In this document: positions 1 to 9,220 of the stretch, in pieces
How positions within the stretch are numbered: the stretch's first letter is position 1
How the letters are laid out: every line of letters begins with the position of its first letter
Assembly: GCA_031414955.1 (NCBI GenBank)
Contig: JANOQV010000140.1
Coordinates: forward strand, 1 to 26,365
Direction: 5' to 3'
Source of the DNA: Pedosphaera sp.
GTDB taxonomy: Bacteria; Verrucomicrobiota; Verrucomicrobiia; Limisphaerales; SIBH01
Length of the DNA: 26,365 bases
Made by a program: the position numbers and the translations under genes
The notes under the pieces: model-generated
Databases searched by the model: none
Told to the model about the DNA's origin: nothing
The model's input: only the letters and a program-made list of their open reading frames with translations

Positions 1-446
1 GTCCAGTTCGTGTCGCTCAAATTGGTCTTGCTGAGAATCTGGTAATTGGTGCCGGGAATGGTGTTGTGCAACGTCACCACCACGTTGCTGGCATTGTTGG
101 TCGCGCGGACGATCTCCAGCCAGAGCGCGCAGCCGTAGCTCGCCGCGCTCATCGCCGCCTGTGCGCTGCCGGCCTCGGCGCTGGCCGCTTGCATCGCAGC
201 GGCCTGTTTCGCCGTCGGCCTCGATTCATACTGGGCCACCGCCTTCAACGAGGCCTCATAAAGTTTCATCAGCAGAAAATCCCGCGGATCCTCTGGCTTC
301 TGCTCCGCTGCGCCGAGTTGGATAGCCAGCCCTACGACGAAGAGCAGGCCGAACAGCCAGCGCACCAAAGCCGGAGCGTATGAGCGGAACATGCCGTGAG
401 AGACGCGCGCGCAGGCGCTGGACGCAGATACAGTTTTAGAGTTCAT
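1..446 (-). CDS. Secreted/surface protein, 5' part only (runs off the left edge)
   Basis: Not in the ORF track; translated by hand from ATG at 446: MNSKTVSASSACARVSHGMFRSYAPALVRWLFGLLFVVGLAIQLGAAEQKPEDPRDFLLMKLYEASL...ALWLEIVRATNNASNVVVTLHNTIPGTNYQILSKTNLSDTNW. No stop before the edge; hydrophobic signal-like stretch. Confidence 0.8.
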   Translation of the reverse strand, partial: MNSKTVSASSACARVSHGMFRSYAPALVRWLFGLLFVVGLAIQLGAAEQKPEDPRDFLLMKLYEASLKAVAQYESRPTAKQAAAMQAASAEAGSAQAAMSAASYGCALWLEIVRATNNASNVVVTLHNTIPGTNYQILSKTNLSDTNW

Positions 447-589
447 GGAAAAAACTGTTCTGGTTGATCGACCCTTGGATGAGTCATGCAATCCGTATGT
501 TCCGGCCTGCGCAGATGTCAAGAGACCAAGTGGACGGCGTGAGGCGGCGTGGTCGCCGCCCATCGATTGATTCGACACTGCTGCCGCGC

Positions 590-649
590 TCAGGTTTTGA
601 TGTTCATTTCGTACTCGTGCTTGGTCGTCTTGCCGGGGATGGGCACTGG
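590..649 (-). pseudogene. Displaced second 3' end of the Gfo/Idh/MocA gene (PVPIPGKTTKHEYEMNIKT*)
   Basis: 599-649 matches 822-872 at 44/51 nt with a 23-nt identical core. Has its own TGA stop at 590-592 and no credible start. Confidence 0.85.
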
Positions 650-656
650 GAATTCG

Positions 657-2228
657 TTAGCGCATGAGTTCTCCCGCACCACCCTTGCTTAGAATTCTAG
701 ACACCGGTCGCCAACGAGAAGCAGAAACCTTCGCTGGTTCGACTGGAGCAGTAACAATCTTCACCGGTTCTGGCAGCGCCGCCGGCTTTTCCGCAGCCCC
801 TCGCACCAGAAAATCTGGTCGGATGTTGAGTTCATACTCGTGCTTGGTCGTCTTGCCCGGCATAGGCACCGGATACACGCCGTTCGCATCTGCTACGATG
901 GGCGGCGGCGAGTCCATGGTCCACTTGTCGATGCCGGGGGCGTACTCCATGTCGTCGTTGAGCATGTCGTCGTAAGTGATTTCCATGCCGGTGTGCGCGG
1001 CCTTGCGGCCCATGGAGGTGACGACGCTGGCCTGGACGCCGAAGGGAACCTCGTTGTACGGCTTGTCGTTGCGGATGGCGGTGATGAGATCGTTCCACTC
1101 GTTTTGATAAGGGTCGTTTTCCTTTCCGAAGTCGCCCGACTGCCAGAGCATGTTGGTGCGGTTCGGCATCTGGCCCTTGTGAATGCTGGAAGGGCCGGCG
1201 TAATCGCCCGACTTGGCCGCGATGGCCATGCCCTTGGTGCCGTGGACGTTGCTGTAATACATGGGATGCGCGCCCGAGTTGCAGCGGCCTTCCAGGTAGA
1301 ACTTGGCCCCATCGGCAAAAGTGTATTCCACCGCGTAAGAATCAAAATTCTGATCTACCCACATTTCGCCGTCGGGGTTGGTGCGGTAGTGGCGACCGCC
1401 GAGCGCCTGGGCCTTGACCGGCCAGGCGTCCTTCATCCAGCACAGATGATCGATGTGGTGAATGTAGAAGTCGCTGTAGCAACCGCCGCTCGCCCAGAGG
1501 AAGCTGTGGAAGCGCGAAATCTGCCAGAGCAGTTCACTGGGCTTGCCGGGCCAGCGTGTCGAGAAGGCCGAGGCCACGGGACCGTGGCAGCGATAACCGC
1601 GCATCAGCATCACGTCGCCGATTTCACCGTTCTGCACGCGCTTGTGCAGTTCCTGAAGATGGCGCGCATGGCGGGACATCAGACCGACGCCGACCTTGAG
1701 GCCCTTGGCACTGGCCTTGTCAGAAAGTTCCAACATGCGGCGCGAAGTCGGGCCGTCGGCGGTGACAGGCTTTTCCATGAAGACGTTCAGCTTTTTCTCG
1801 ATGGCGTACTGGAAGTGAACCCAGCGGAAGGCCAGCGGAGTGGTGAAGATAGCCACATCGCCGGGGCGCAGGCAGTCCATCGCGTTCTTGTAGCCATCAA
1901 AGCCGATGAACTGTTTGTCCTGGGGCACCTGCACCTGGTCGTTGAATTTTTTTTGCAGTGTTTCATGGCTGCCCTTGAGCTTGCCCTCAAAAACATCGGC
2001 CATGGCGACCAGTTTCACCGGGCCGTCCTTCACGGCGAGTGCGTTGCCGGCCGCGCCCGTGCCACGGCCACCGCAGCCGACCAGGGCGATCTGGACGGTC
2101 TGGCTGTCTTGGGCGTGAACATGGGGCAAGGTCACGCCCGCCAGCGCGGAAGCAGCGGCGAAGGTGCCGGTGGTTTTCAAGAAGTCTCGGCGCGAAGCAT
2201 TGGCCGCGAGGTTTGAAGTTTCATTCAT
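657..2228 (-). CDS. Tat-exported Gfo/Idh/MocA family NAD(P)-dependent oxidoreductase (~523 aa) with Pro/Ala-rich C-terminal extension
   Basis: Twin-arginine signal SRRDFLK, Rossmann motif IALVGCGGRG, family motif VFMEKP, HHID. Start moved to ATG 2228 (MNETSN), just before the Tat motif. Confidence 0.92.
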   Translation of the reverse strand: MNETSNLAANASRRDFLKTTGTFAAASALAGVTLPHVHAQDSQTVQIALVGCGGRGTGAAGNALAVKDGPVKLVAMADVFEGKLKGSHETLQKKFNDQVQVPQDKQFIGFDGYKNAMDCLRPGDVAIFTTPLAFRWVHFQYAIEKKLNVFMEKPVTADGPTSRRMLELSDKASAKGLKVGVGLMSRHARHLQELHKRVQNGEIGDVMLMRGYRCHGPVASAFSTRWPGKPSELLWQISRFHSFLWASGGCYSDFYIHHIDHLCWMKDAWPVKAQALGGRHYRTNPDGEMWVDQNFDSYAVEYTFADGAKFYLEGRCNSGAHPMYYSNVHGTKGMAIAAKSGDYAGPSSIHKGQMPNRTNMLWQSGDFGKENDPYQNEWNDLITAIRNDKPYNEVPFGVQASVVTSMGRKAAHTGMEITYDDMLNDDMEYAPGIDKWTMDSPPPIVADANGVYPVPMPGKTTKHEYELNIRPDFLVRGAAEKPAALPEPVKIVTAPVEPAKVSASRWRPVSRILSKGGAGELMR

Positions 2229-2234
2229 AAGGTT

Positions 2235-2264
2235 AGTTTCGTGACGCCGGGGCCGTGATGTCAA
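2235..2264 (-). promoter_or_regulatory. Candidate sigma70 promoter for the oxidoreductase (probably leaderless)
   Basis: Minus strand TTGACA (2264-2259), 18 nt, GAAACT (2240-2235), 6 nt, ATG. Confidence 0.45.
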
Positions 2265-2432
2265 TTCAAGGAAACTCCTGGAGGGCAAATGGAAGTGACT
2301 TCCACCGGCCGCGCTGGAGAGGTGAAGTCCAAGTCAGAGTCGAGGCCGCCGCCTCCAGTCCGAAATCAGGCGCCCCGCCTGGCCGCACTTGTTGACCGGC
2401 CCTTCCCTTCGCACTCATTCTTGGATGGCAAG

Positions 2433-2461
2433 TTGACGCTGCCAAAACGCGTCGATACATT
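2433..2461 (+). promoter_or_regulatory. Candidate sigma70 promoter for the zinc-ribbon gene
   Basis: TTGACG (2433-2438), 17 nt, TACATT (2456-2461), 25 nt before ATG 2487. Confidence 0.6.
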
Positions 2462-2486
2462 CGCCCGACTTAAACCGGACTCAAAC

Positions 2487-3215
2487 ATGCTCGATGTCAT
2501 AGAAAAAATTCTCGTGCTCCAGGATCGCGACCGGAAAATCATCCACGCCCGGGAGGAGTTGGCCCATGTCGCGCCGGAAAGGGCGGAGTTACTTGGTCGC
2601 GCCTCTGGCACCAAGGCCCGCCTGGATGCCGCCAAACTGGCCCAAAAGCAGATTGAGTCCGACCGCAAAAAGCTGGAACTCGACGTCGAGGCCAAGCAGC
2701 AACAGATCAACAAGTACGCCAACCAGCAACTTCAGACCAAGAAGAACGAGGAATACAAGGCGCTCGCCAACGAGATCGAGAATTGCAAGAAGGTCATCCT
2801 GGGCCTCGAAGATCAGGAACTCGAGTTGATGGAAAAGGCCGAAACAGCGCAGAAGGATGCCGCCACCGCGCAACTGGCCGCCAGCGAAGCCAAAAAACTG
2901 GTTGACGGCAAAGTCGCCGACCTGGACGCGCGGGAAAAGAACCTTCAGGTCGAACTGGTGAAACTCGAATCCAACCGCGCCGAACTGGCGGCCGTCATCG
3001 ACGACTCAGCCCGCGACAAATACGAACGCCTGCTCAAAAGCAAAGGCGGGAATGCCGCCGTCGGCATCAGCCATCATTCCTGCGGCGGCTGCCACATGAA
3101 ACTCAGCCGCGGACTTGTCGTGGCCTGCCAGGCTCACCAGGAGATTGTGACCTGTTCAAACTGCGGCCGGATTCTCTTCTTCACCCCGGACATGGACCTG
3201 GCCATCGCCGACTAG
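2487..3215 (+). CDS. Coiled-coil protein with C-terminal C4 zinc ribbon (DUF164 / CT398-HP0958-like), 242 aa
   Basis: Long helical coiled coil with NEEYKAL..EI, then CGGCHM and CSNCGRIL. Start at MLDVIEK. Confidence 0.9.
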   Translation: MLDVIEKILVLQDRDRKIIHAREELAHVAPERAELLGRASGTKARLDAAKLAQKQIESDRKKLELDVEAKQQQINKYANQQLQTKKNEEYKALANEIENCKKVILGLEDQELELMEKAETAQKDAATAQLAASEAKKLVDGKVADLDAREKNLQVELVKLESNRAELAAVIDDSARDKYERLLKSKGGNAAVGISHHSCGGCHMKLSRGLVVACQAHQEIVTCSNCGRILFFTPDMDLAIAD

Positions 3216-3338
3216 CTCGTAGGAGACAGCGGAGTGAGCACCGCGAGCAGGGTTTAGTCCTGCGCCGATTCCCGGAACACAGCCGGTCTGCGCTTTGCTT
3301 TCGTGAACACGACGCGTAGTTTCACAGTCGATTGACCT

Positions 3339-6300
3339 ATGCGTTTTAGATTCCTGTGGCTGCTGCCGTGCCTTGCATCGTTGGCGGATGCGCAACTCGC
3401 GCCTCCGACCAATGCGCCCATCGTCGGCGCGCGGCAGCCCGCCCTCAGCCCGGATGGCAAGCGGTTGGCCTTCGTCTATCGCGGCGACATCTGGACTTGT
3501 GATTCCAAGGGCGGGCGCGCCCAGCCCATCACTTCGCATCTGGAAATGGACGCTTATCCGCTCTTCTCCCCGGACGGCCACTGGATCGCTTTCTCGAGCA
3601 AGCGCAGCGGCAACTCGGACATCCACGTCATCCCTGCGGAGGGTGGGGCCGCGCGGCAACTCACCTGGCATTCCGGTTCGGATATTCCCTACGGCTGGAG
3701 CTCGGACGGGAAGTATCTGCTCTTCTCCAGCAAGCGCGACACGGTGAACTACGAACTGTTTTCGCTCGACCTGAACACCGGGCGCACGCGGTTGCTCACC
3801 GAAGATTACGCGACCATCAACAACCCGAACTTTTCCCCGGACGGAAAACAGATCGTGTATGCGCGCTATGGCTTTCCATGGACGCGCCCGCGCTATTCCG
3901 GTTCGGCGGCGGCGGAAATCTGGCTGCTCAACGCCGCGAACGGCCAGCGCCGCGCCCTCACCACCAATGGCTTTCAACATCTCTGGCCGCGTTTCATGCC
4001 GGATGGAAAAATCCTGACCGTGACGGTCGATGAACTGACGCCTTCCACCACCAAGCTCGGGGACACCGTCTCGCCCATCGCGGACAACCCGCACCGTACG
4101 CCCAACCTCTGGCTGTTCGACACGAATGGCGGCGCGAAGCAACTGACCATCTTCACCGGCGGCTCGGTGCGCTGGCCGAGCGTGGCCTCGAAGAGTGGCG
4201 ACATCGCGTTCGAATACGGCCCCGACCTGCATGTGTTGCGCAAGGGGGCGAAAGAATCTCAGCCATTGAAACTCCTCGCGGCGGCGGATGAGAAGCAAAC
4301 CACTCGGCGCCGCGAGAAGGCGACCAGCGGCATCGTCGAGGCCGAGCTTTCGCCCGATGGCAAGACGATGGCCTTCGGTCTGCGCGGCGACATCTGGACG
4401 ATTCCCGTGGAGAAGCCCAAGGGCGTCGCGGCCAAGAACGCCGAGTATGCGACGCGCCTGACGGACTGGGCGGGCGACGACTCGGACTTCATGTGGTCGA
4501 AGGACGGCAAGAAACTTTACTTCACCTCGGACCGTGAATTCTACACGCGCATCTACGAGCTGGAGCTGAAGACGCGCAAAGTCACGCCGCTGTGGAAACG
4601 CAACAGCGATGTCGAGCGCATGAAGCTCTCGCCCGATGGCGCGCAGCTTGGCTTCTGGGTCACCGGCCCCGATGGAGGGCTTTACACCATGACGTTGAGC
4701 AATCAGGAGACGAAGAAGATCGTCAGCGTGCCCGGCCCGCAGTGGCGCAATCAGGGCGGCGGCGACTACGAATGGTCGCCCGACCTGAACTGGATTTGCT
4801 ACGCGCACCGCGGCGAGAGCAAGGCTTGGAACCTCTGGCTCGTCCCCGCCAATGGTTCCGCCGAGCCGCGCAACGTGACGCGCCTTTACGCCCACCACAG
4901 CCTGCCCGCTTGGTCGCCGGACGGGAAGTATCTCTTCTTCCAGAGCAACCGCGACAGCAGCGGCCTCTACGCGCTGCCGCTCGTGGGCGAAGATATTCGC
5001 GTGAGTGACACCGATCTGAAGTTCGTGAAGCCGACCAATGCCGTGACGGTGAAGATCGATTTCGAGGACATCCACCGCCGCATTCGCAAAGTCGGCTCGC
5101 AATCGCCGCAGGCCGACCTGCAAGTCACGGCCGAGGGCGTGATCGTTTTCATCGCCGAGGGCGACGTGGCTTCCATCGGCTACGACGGCAAGGAGTTCAA
5201 GAAGATCACCAGCGGCGGCGGCAAGAGCCAGTTGCGCGTGAGCAAGGACGGCAAGAAGGCTTCCTTCCTGAGCGGCGGCGAGATGTTCACCATGAGCATC
5301 GGCGGCGGCAAGGAGGAGAAAGTCACCTTCACGGCGGAGTGGGAGCGAAACATCCGCGCGGAGCGTCAGGCGTCGTTCACCCAGTTCTGGCGCTCCTACG
5401 AGCGCGGCTTCTACGACGCCAACTTCCATGGGCGCGACTGGTCAAAGATTCGCACCCGCTACGAGCCGTTGCTCGACGCGGTGGAAACCAACGACGAATT
5501 CGCCGGCCTGCTCAACATGATGATTGGCGAACTCGAAACCTCGCACGCTGAAGTCACGGCGGGCACGAACAAGGAAGCCGTGACCACGACGACCACGCCC
5601 CACCTCGGCTTCACCTTCGATTACACGCACGATGGTCCAGGCCTCAAGGTGAAGACCGTGCCGCACGGCGTGCCGGGTTGGTACGAGAAGAAGCGCATTC
5701 AGCCCGGCGACTACGTGCTGGCCATCAACGGCGAGGACGTTTCGTTGAACGAGAACCTCTACAAGTTGATCAACGATCGGCAGGACCGCGAGTTCGAGTT
5801 CCTCGTCAGCACCAACACCGATCGAGAGGGCGCGCGCACCGTAAAGTACAAGGCGCTCAGCACCGACGACTGGACGCAGCTGGCCTACCAGAACCGCGTC
5901 GAACGCACGCGCGAACAGGTCGAGAAGAAGAGCGGCGGCAAGGTCGGCTACCTCCACATCGCCAGCATGGGCGCGCAGAACCAGCAGCAGTTCGAGCGCG
6001 AGGCCTACGAGTTCATGGTCGGGCGCGAGTCGATGATCATCGATGTGCGGTTCAACAGCGGCGGCAACATCGCCGACACCCTGGTCGAGTGGCTCGAACG
6101 CAAACCGCACGGCTGGACCCGCCCGCGCGACGGCGTCAAGGAAGCCGTGCCCTTCCACACCTGGGACCGCAAGATGGTGGTGCTGATGAACGAGCACAGC
6201 TATTCCAACGGCGAAATTTTCCCCAATGCCATGCGTTCCAAGGGCCTGGCCCAGCTCATCGGCATGCCCACGCCCGGCTACGTCATCTGGACGGATTCCC

Positions 6301-6491
6301 TCAGCCTCGTTGATGGCACCAAGGCGCGCATGCCCATGACCGGCGCCTACCGCCTCGACGGCACGCCGATGGAAAACCTGGGCGAGAAGCCGGACCTCGA
6401 AGTGCGTCTGTCGCCGGAGGATTACCTGAACGACCGCGACCCGCAGCTCGACAAAGCGATCGAGGTGTTGGTTGGATCGCCGGTGCAGTAG
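3339..6491 (+). CDS. Tricorn-like S41 peptidase with PD40 beta-propellers and PDZ domain
   Basis: Signal peptide; many (W/F/L)SPDGK repeats; PDZ-like GDYVLAING; S41 motifs GYLHI, IIDVRFNSGG, SYSNGEIF, DPQLDKAIE. Confidence 0.93.
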   Translation: MRFRFLWLLPCLASLADAQLAPPTNAPIVGARQPALSPDGKRLAFVYRGDIWTCDSKGGRAQPITSHLEMDAYPLFSPDGHWIAFSSKRSGNSDIHVIPAEGGAARQLTWHSGSDIPYGWSSDGKYLLFSSKRDTVNYELFSLDLNTGRTRLLTEDYATINNPNFSPDGKQIVYARYGFPWTRPRYSGSAAAEIWLLNAANGQRRALTTNGFQHLWPRFMPDGKILTVTVDELTPSTTKLGDTVSPIADNPHRTPNLWLFDTNGGAKQLTIFTGGSVRWPSVASKSGDIAFEYGPDLHVLRKGAKESQPLKLLAAADEKQTTRRREKATSGIVEAELSPDGKTMAFGLRGDIWTIPVEKPKGVAAKNAEYATRLTDWAGDDSDFMWSKDGKKLYFTSDREFYTRIYELELKTRKVTPLWKRNSDVERMKLSPDGAQLGFWVTGPDGGLYTMTLSNQETKKIVSVPGPQWRNQGGGDYEWSPDLNWICYAHRGESKAWNLWLVPANGSAEPRNVTRLYAHHSLPAWSPDGKYLFFQSNRDSSGLYALPLVGEDIRVSDTDLKFVKPTNAVTVKIDFEDIHRRIRKVGSQSPQADLQVTAEGVIVFIAEGDVASIGYDGKEFKKITSGGGKSQLRVSKDGKKASFLSGGEMFTMSIGGGKEEKVTFTAEWERNIRAERQASFTQFWRSYERGFYDANFHGRDWSKIRTRYEPLLDAVETNDEFAGLLNMMIGELETSHAEVTAGTNKEAVTTTTTPHLGFTFDYTHDGPGLKVKTVPHGVPGWYEKKRIQPGDYVLAINGEDVSLNENLYKLINDRQDREFEFLVSTNTDREGARTVKYKALSTDDWTQLAYQNRVERTREQVEKKSGGKVGYLHIASMGAQNQQQFEREAYEFMVGRESMIIDVRFNSGGNIADTLVEWLERKPHGWTRPRDGVKEAVPFHTWDRKMVVLMNEHSYSNGEIFPNAMRSKGLAQLIGMPTPGYVIWTDSLSLVDGTKARMPMTGAYRLDGTPMENLGEKPDLEVRLSPEDYLNDRDPQLDKAIEVLVGSPVQ

Positions 6492-6518
6492 AGAACAGGC
6501 TGCCGCTCAAATGCACCA

Positions 6519-6788
6519 GAGCCTGGGTTTTCAAACCGCCGCCGAGTGAAAGGGAGAGCGGTATCCGCAAGTTCCCACGGCCTTGGCCTACGAACGTGGC
6601 TGCGCGTTGAAAACTCGCGCTCCGGGGTGAGCAAAACACCCAGACGAGCGCGCACCGCCAGGTGGTGTTGGTCGCGCAGCGACCAGTAGAGCCGCAGGCC
6701 AAGGCGCAACGAATGGGCGGACCCAAGACTTTGCTTCCGGCGGCCCGCTGGGCGCGGGCCGAGTTGTCGCAGCGCGACAACTTCCACC
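6519..6788. repeat. Two inverted doublets of REP-like palindromes
   Basis: 6519-6539 (gagcctgggttttcaaaccgc) is an imperfect inverse of 6602-6622. 6661-6687 (ggtggtgttggtcgcgcagcgaccagt) is an imperfect inverse of 6761-6788; these two carry internal hairpins (6669-6685, 6762-6782). Extra 8-bp stem at 6741-6761. Confidence 0.6.
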
Positions 6789-7027
6789 TCCTCGGCTTCG
6801 TCCGATGGCAGTATCAAGATGCCCCTCTGAAGCTTGGGGCGGTGAGGTGTAGCTTGCCTCAGCGCGGTTGGTCGGGCATCCATTCTTGCTGCACGTTCGC
6901 CCCCGGCGTGCTGGGGTCAGCTCCCCCACTTTCATCTTAGCTTTAGCTGGTCCTAAGCTGTTGCGCCCGCCGCTGCGCAGGGCCTACTCCGCACCAGAAG
7001 AACCGCAAGGGTGAGAGCTACAGAAGG

Positions 7028-8344
7028 TCAGCGATTAAATCCGCCGCGCGGACGGTAGGGGCGCGCGGAGCGACCGGCGCGATTCCCGGACCCGCCGCCG
7101 TAGCCGCCGCGCTGCGGTTGCGCGGGCCGATCCGGGCCGGAGGAACGCTGCGGGGGCCGGCCTGGGGATGGACGGTGTTGCGCCGGGCGATGGGCTTCCG
7201 GGGGCGGACCGCCGGCGGAATAGTTAAAGCCCTCGGCGCGTTTGCGCACGATGCCGCGTCCGATGAATCGCTCGACCGAACGCAGATCACCTTGATCCTC
7301 CGGAGTCACAAAACTGATCGCATCACCGATCGCTTGGGCGCGTCCGGTGCGTCCGATGCGATGAACGTAATCCTCCGCGTGCATCGGGAAGTCGAAGTTC
7401 ACCACATGGGAGATGCCGTCCACGTCGATGCCGCGGGCCGCGATGTCGGTGGCGACGAGCACGCGCACCGCGCCCGACTTGAAGTCTTTGAGGGCGCGCA
7501 GGCGCTGGTTCTGGGAACGGTTCGAGTGCAGCGTGGCGGTGCGAATGCCGCTGTGTTCGAGCTTGTCCGCGATGCGATCCGCGCCGTGCTTCATGCGCGA
7601 GAAGACCAGCACCATGTCCATCTGCGGATCCTTGAGCAGATGCACGAGCAGCGCGGGCTTGAGGTGCTTGGGCACTTCATAGATCAGTTGGGTGACGGTT
7701 TCGGCGGGATTGGACCGGCGGCCGATCTGAATGATCTTGGGCGCGTGCTGGAATTCGCGGGTGAGACGTTCGATCTCAGTGGAGAGCGTGGCCGAGAAGA
7801 GCAGCGTCTGCCGCTTCTGAGGCAGCATGCGGACAATCTGTCGGATCGCGGGAATGAAACCCATGTCCAGCATCCGGTCGGCTTCATCCAGCACGAGGAA
7901 TTCCAGCCCGGAGAAATCTCCATTGCGCCGCTCCACCAAATCCATCAGCCGCCCCGGGCAGGCCACGATGATGTCCGTGCCGGCCCGCAGCGCGCGAATC
8001 TGCGGGCCTTCCCCCACGCCGCCGAAGACCGTCGCCACCGTCAGCGGCAGGTGGCGGGCGTAGGCGCGGATGTTCTCGTCGATCTGCACGGCCAATTCGC
8101 GCGTCGGGGCCAGGACCAGCACGCGAGTGCGCCGCGCTCCCGGCGGGCCGGAGGCGAGCTTGGTGAGGATGGGCAGGGTGAAGGCCGCCGTCTTACCCGT
8201 GCCCGTCTGGGCGATGCCGATCAAGTCGTGCCCGGCGAGGATGGGCGGGATGGCCGCCGTCTGGATGGGCGTGGGTTCGGTGTATCCGGCCTCCTGGACG
8301 GCTTTCAAAATTCTAGGCTCAAGGCCAAGCGCGTTAAACGACAT
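7028..8344 (-). CDS. rhlE: DEAD-box RNA helicase, RhlE-like (438 aa)
   Basis: Q motif GYTEPTPIQ, AQTGTGKT, PTRELA, DEAD, SAT, ARGID, HRIGRTGR, and an R/G/P-rich tail. Start at MSFNALGL. Symbol is a best guess among DEAD-box paralogues. Confidence 0.9.
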   Translation of the reverse strand: MSFNALGLEPRILKAVQEAGYTEPTPIQTAAIPPILAGHDLIGIAQTGTGKTAAFTLPILTKLASGPPGARRTRVLVLAPTRELAVQIDENIRAYARHLPLTVATVFGGVGEGPQIRALRAGTDIIVACPGRLMDLVERRNGDFSGLEFLVLDEADRMLDMGFIPAIRQIVRMLPQKRQTLLFSATLSTEIERLTREFQHAPKIIQIGRRSNPAETVTQLIYEVPKHLKPALLVHLLKDPQMDMVLVFSRMKHGADRIADKLEHSGIRTATLHSNRSQNQRLRALKDFKSGAVRVLVATDIAARGIDVDGISHVVNFDFPMHAEDYVHRIGRTGRAQAIGDAISFVTPEDQGDLRSVERFIGRGIVRKRAEGFNYSAGGPPPEAHRPAQHRPSPGRPPQRSSGPDRPAQPQRGGYGGGSGNRAGRSARPYRPRGGFNR

Positions 8345-8508
8345 GCAGCCATCTTGCGGGATCGCGGAGCAATAGCACGCAATTAACTTGGAGGCGATGA
8401 GAGGCGGGCGCACCTTGGAATTGCCGCTGTCATCCTGTCTGGCACTGCGACCCAAAAGACCAACGACCTAATCGCGAAACAATCCGCGAGCCAGGCTGGA
8501 TTGAGAGA

Positions 8509-8537
8509 TTGCGAGCCGCACTTGGTTGCGGCAGAGT
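8509..8537 (+). promoter_or_regulatory. Candidate promoter/operator of the MNT-HEPN operon
   Basis: TTGCGA (8509-8514), 17 nt, CAGAGT (8532-8537), 7 nt, ATG. Inverted repeat gccgca-N6-tgcggc (8515-8532) fills the spacer. Confidence 0.4.
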
Positions 8538-8544
8538 TCCGACC

Positions 8545-8856
8545 ATGAGCGTCGCCGAGTTGCCCATCCCGCTGGACCGCGAGAAAATCGCGGAGTTCTG
8601 CCGTGCGCGCGGCATCCGCAAGCTGAGCCTCTTCGGTTCCGTGCTCCGGGATGACTTCGATCCCGCTCGCAGTGACGTGGATGTGCTGGTGGAATTTCTC
8701 CCCGGCGTTCGGCCCGGCCTCAAGTTCTTCGGCTACGGCGAGGCGCTGGCGGAGATCATCGGACACAAAGTGGATTTCAACACCGCCGAGTGGTTGAGCA
8801 AATACTTCCGTGATGATGTGGTCCGGGAGTCTGTCGGAATTTATGAGCAGGCATGA
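8545..8856 (+). CDS. Minimal nucleotidyltransferase (MntA-type antitoxin), 103 aa
   Basis: LFGSVLRDDFDPARSDVDVLV fits the GS..DxD nucleotidyltransferase motif; KVD near the C-terminus; overlaps the HEPN gene. Confidence 0.9.
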   Translation: MSVAELPIPLDREKIAEFCRARGIRKLSLFGSVLRDDFDPARSDVDVLVEFLPGVRPGLKFFGYGEALAEIIGHKVDFNTAEWLSKYFRDDVVRESVGIYEQA

Positions 8857-9199
8857 TCCGAAAGTGACGCTGCGCCAGCTTGCGGAGTACGCGCGCCACT
8901 CCCAGGAGATTTGCAGTCAAAACACCTTGCCGGAAATCCGGGCCGACTGGCAGAAGCGCGCGGCCTTTGAGCGGGTGATGGAAGTTCTCGGCGAAGCGGT
9001 GAAGCGGCTGCCCTTTGAGTTGTGCCAGCAATATCCCGCCGTGGAATGGCGTCTGGTGGCCGGGATGCGCGACCGCGTGAGTCACGGCTACGACGGCATT
9101 GATTACCAGATGCTGTGGGACACGGTGGAGCAAGACTTGCCAACGCTGCTCACCACGGTCGAGAAGATGCTCGCTGACCTCGACAAGAGTTCTCATTGA
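8843..9199 (+). CDS. HepT-like HEPN RNase toxin (DUF86), 118 aa
   Basis: EVLGEAVKRL and WRLVAGMRDRVSHGY (R-x4-H-x-Y); 14-nt overlap with the MNT gene. Confidence 0.9.
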   Translation: MSRHDPKVTLRQLAEYARHSQEICSQNTLPEIRADWQKRAAFERVMEVLGEAVKRLPFELCQQYPAVEWRLVAGMRDRVSHGYDGIDYQMLWDTVEQDLPTLLTTVEKMLADLDKSSH

Positions 9200-9220
9200 C
9201 TCGCAGACTCGCAGACTCGC
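9198..9220. repeat. Tandem 8-mer (gactcgca) x ~2.9
   Basis: gactcgca gactcgca gactcgc, starting inside the HEPN stop codon. Confidence 0.8.

Noticed and set aside
543..560. Intrinsic terminator after the displaced oxidoreductase end (ggcggcg-tggt-cgccgcc)
   Set aside because: Perfect 7-bp stem but no U-tract on either strand, so not called.
656..975. Integron cassette (GTTAGCG then ATG) with the 103-aa plus-strand ORF
   Set aside because: No attC-like inverse core or integrase; the ORF is antisense to the oxidoreductase 3' end.
6301..6940. Short ORFs between the protease and helicase
   Set aside because: Mutually overlapping, low-complexity, no motifs; region is better explained by palindromes.
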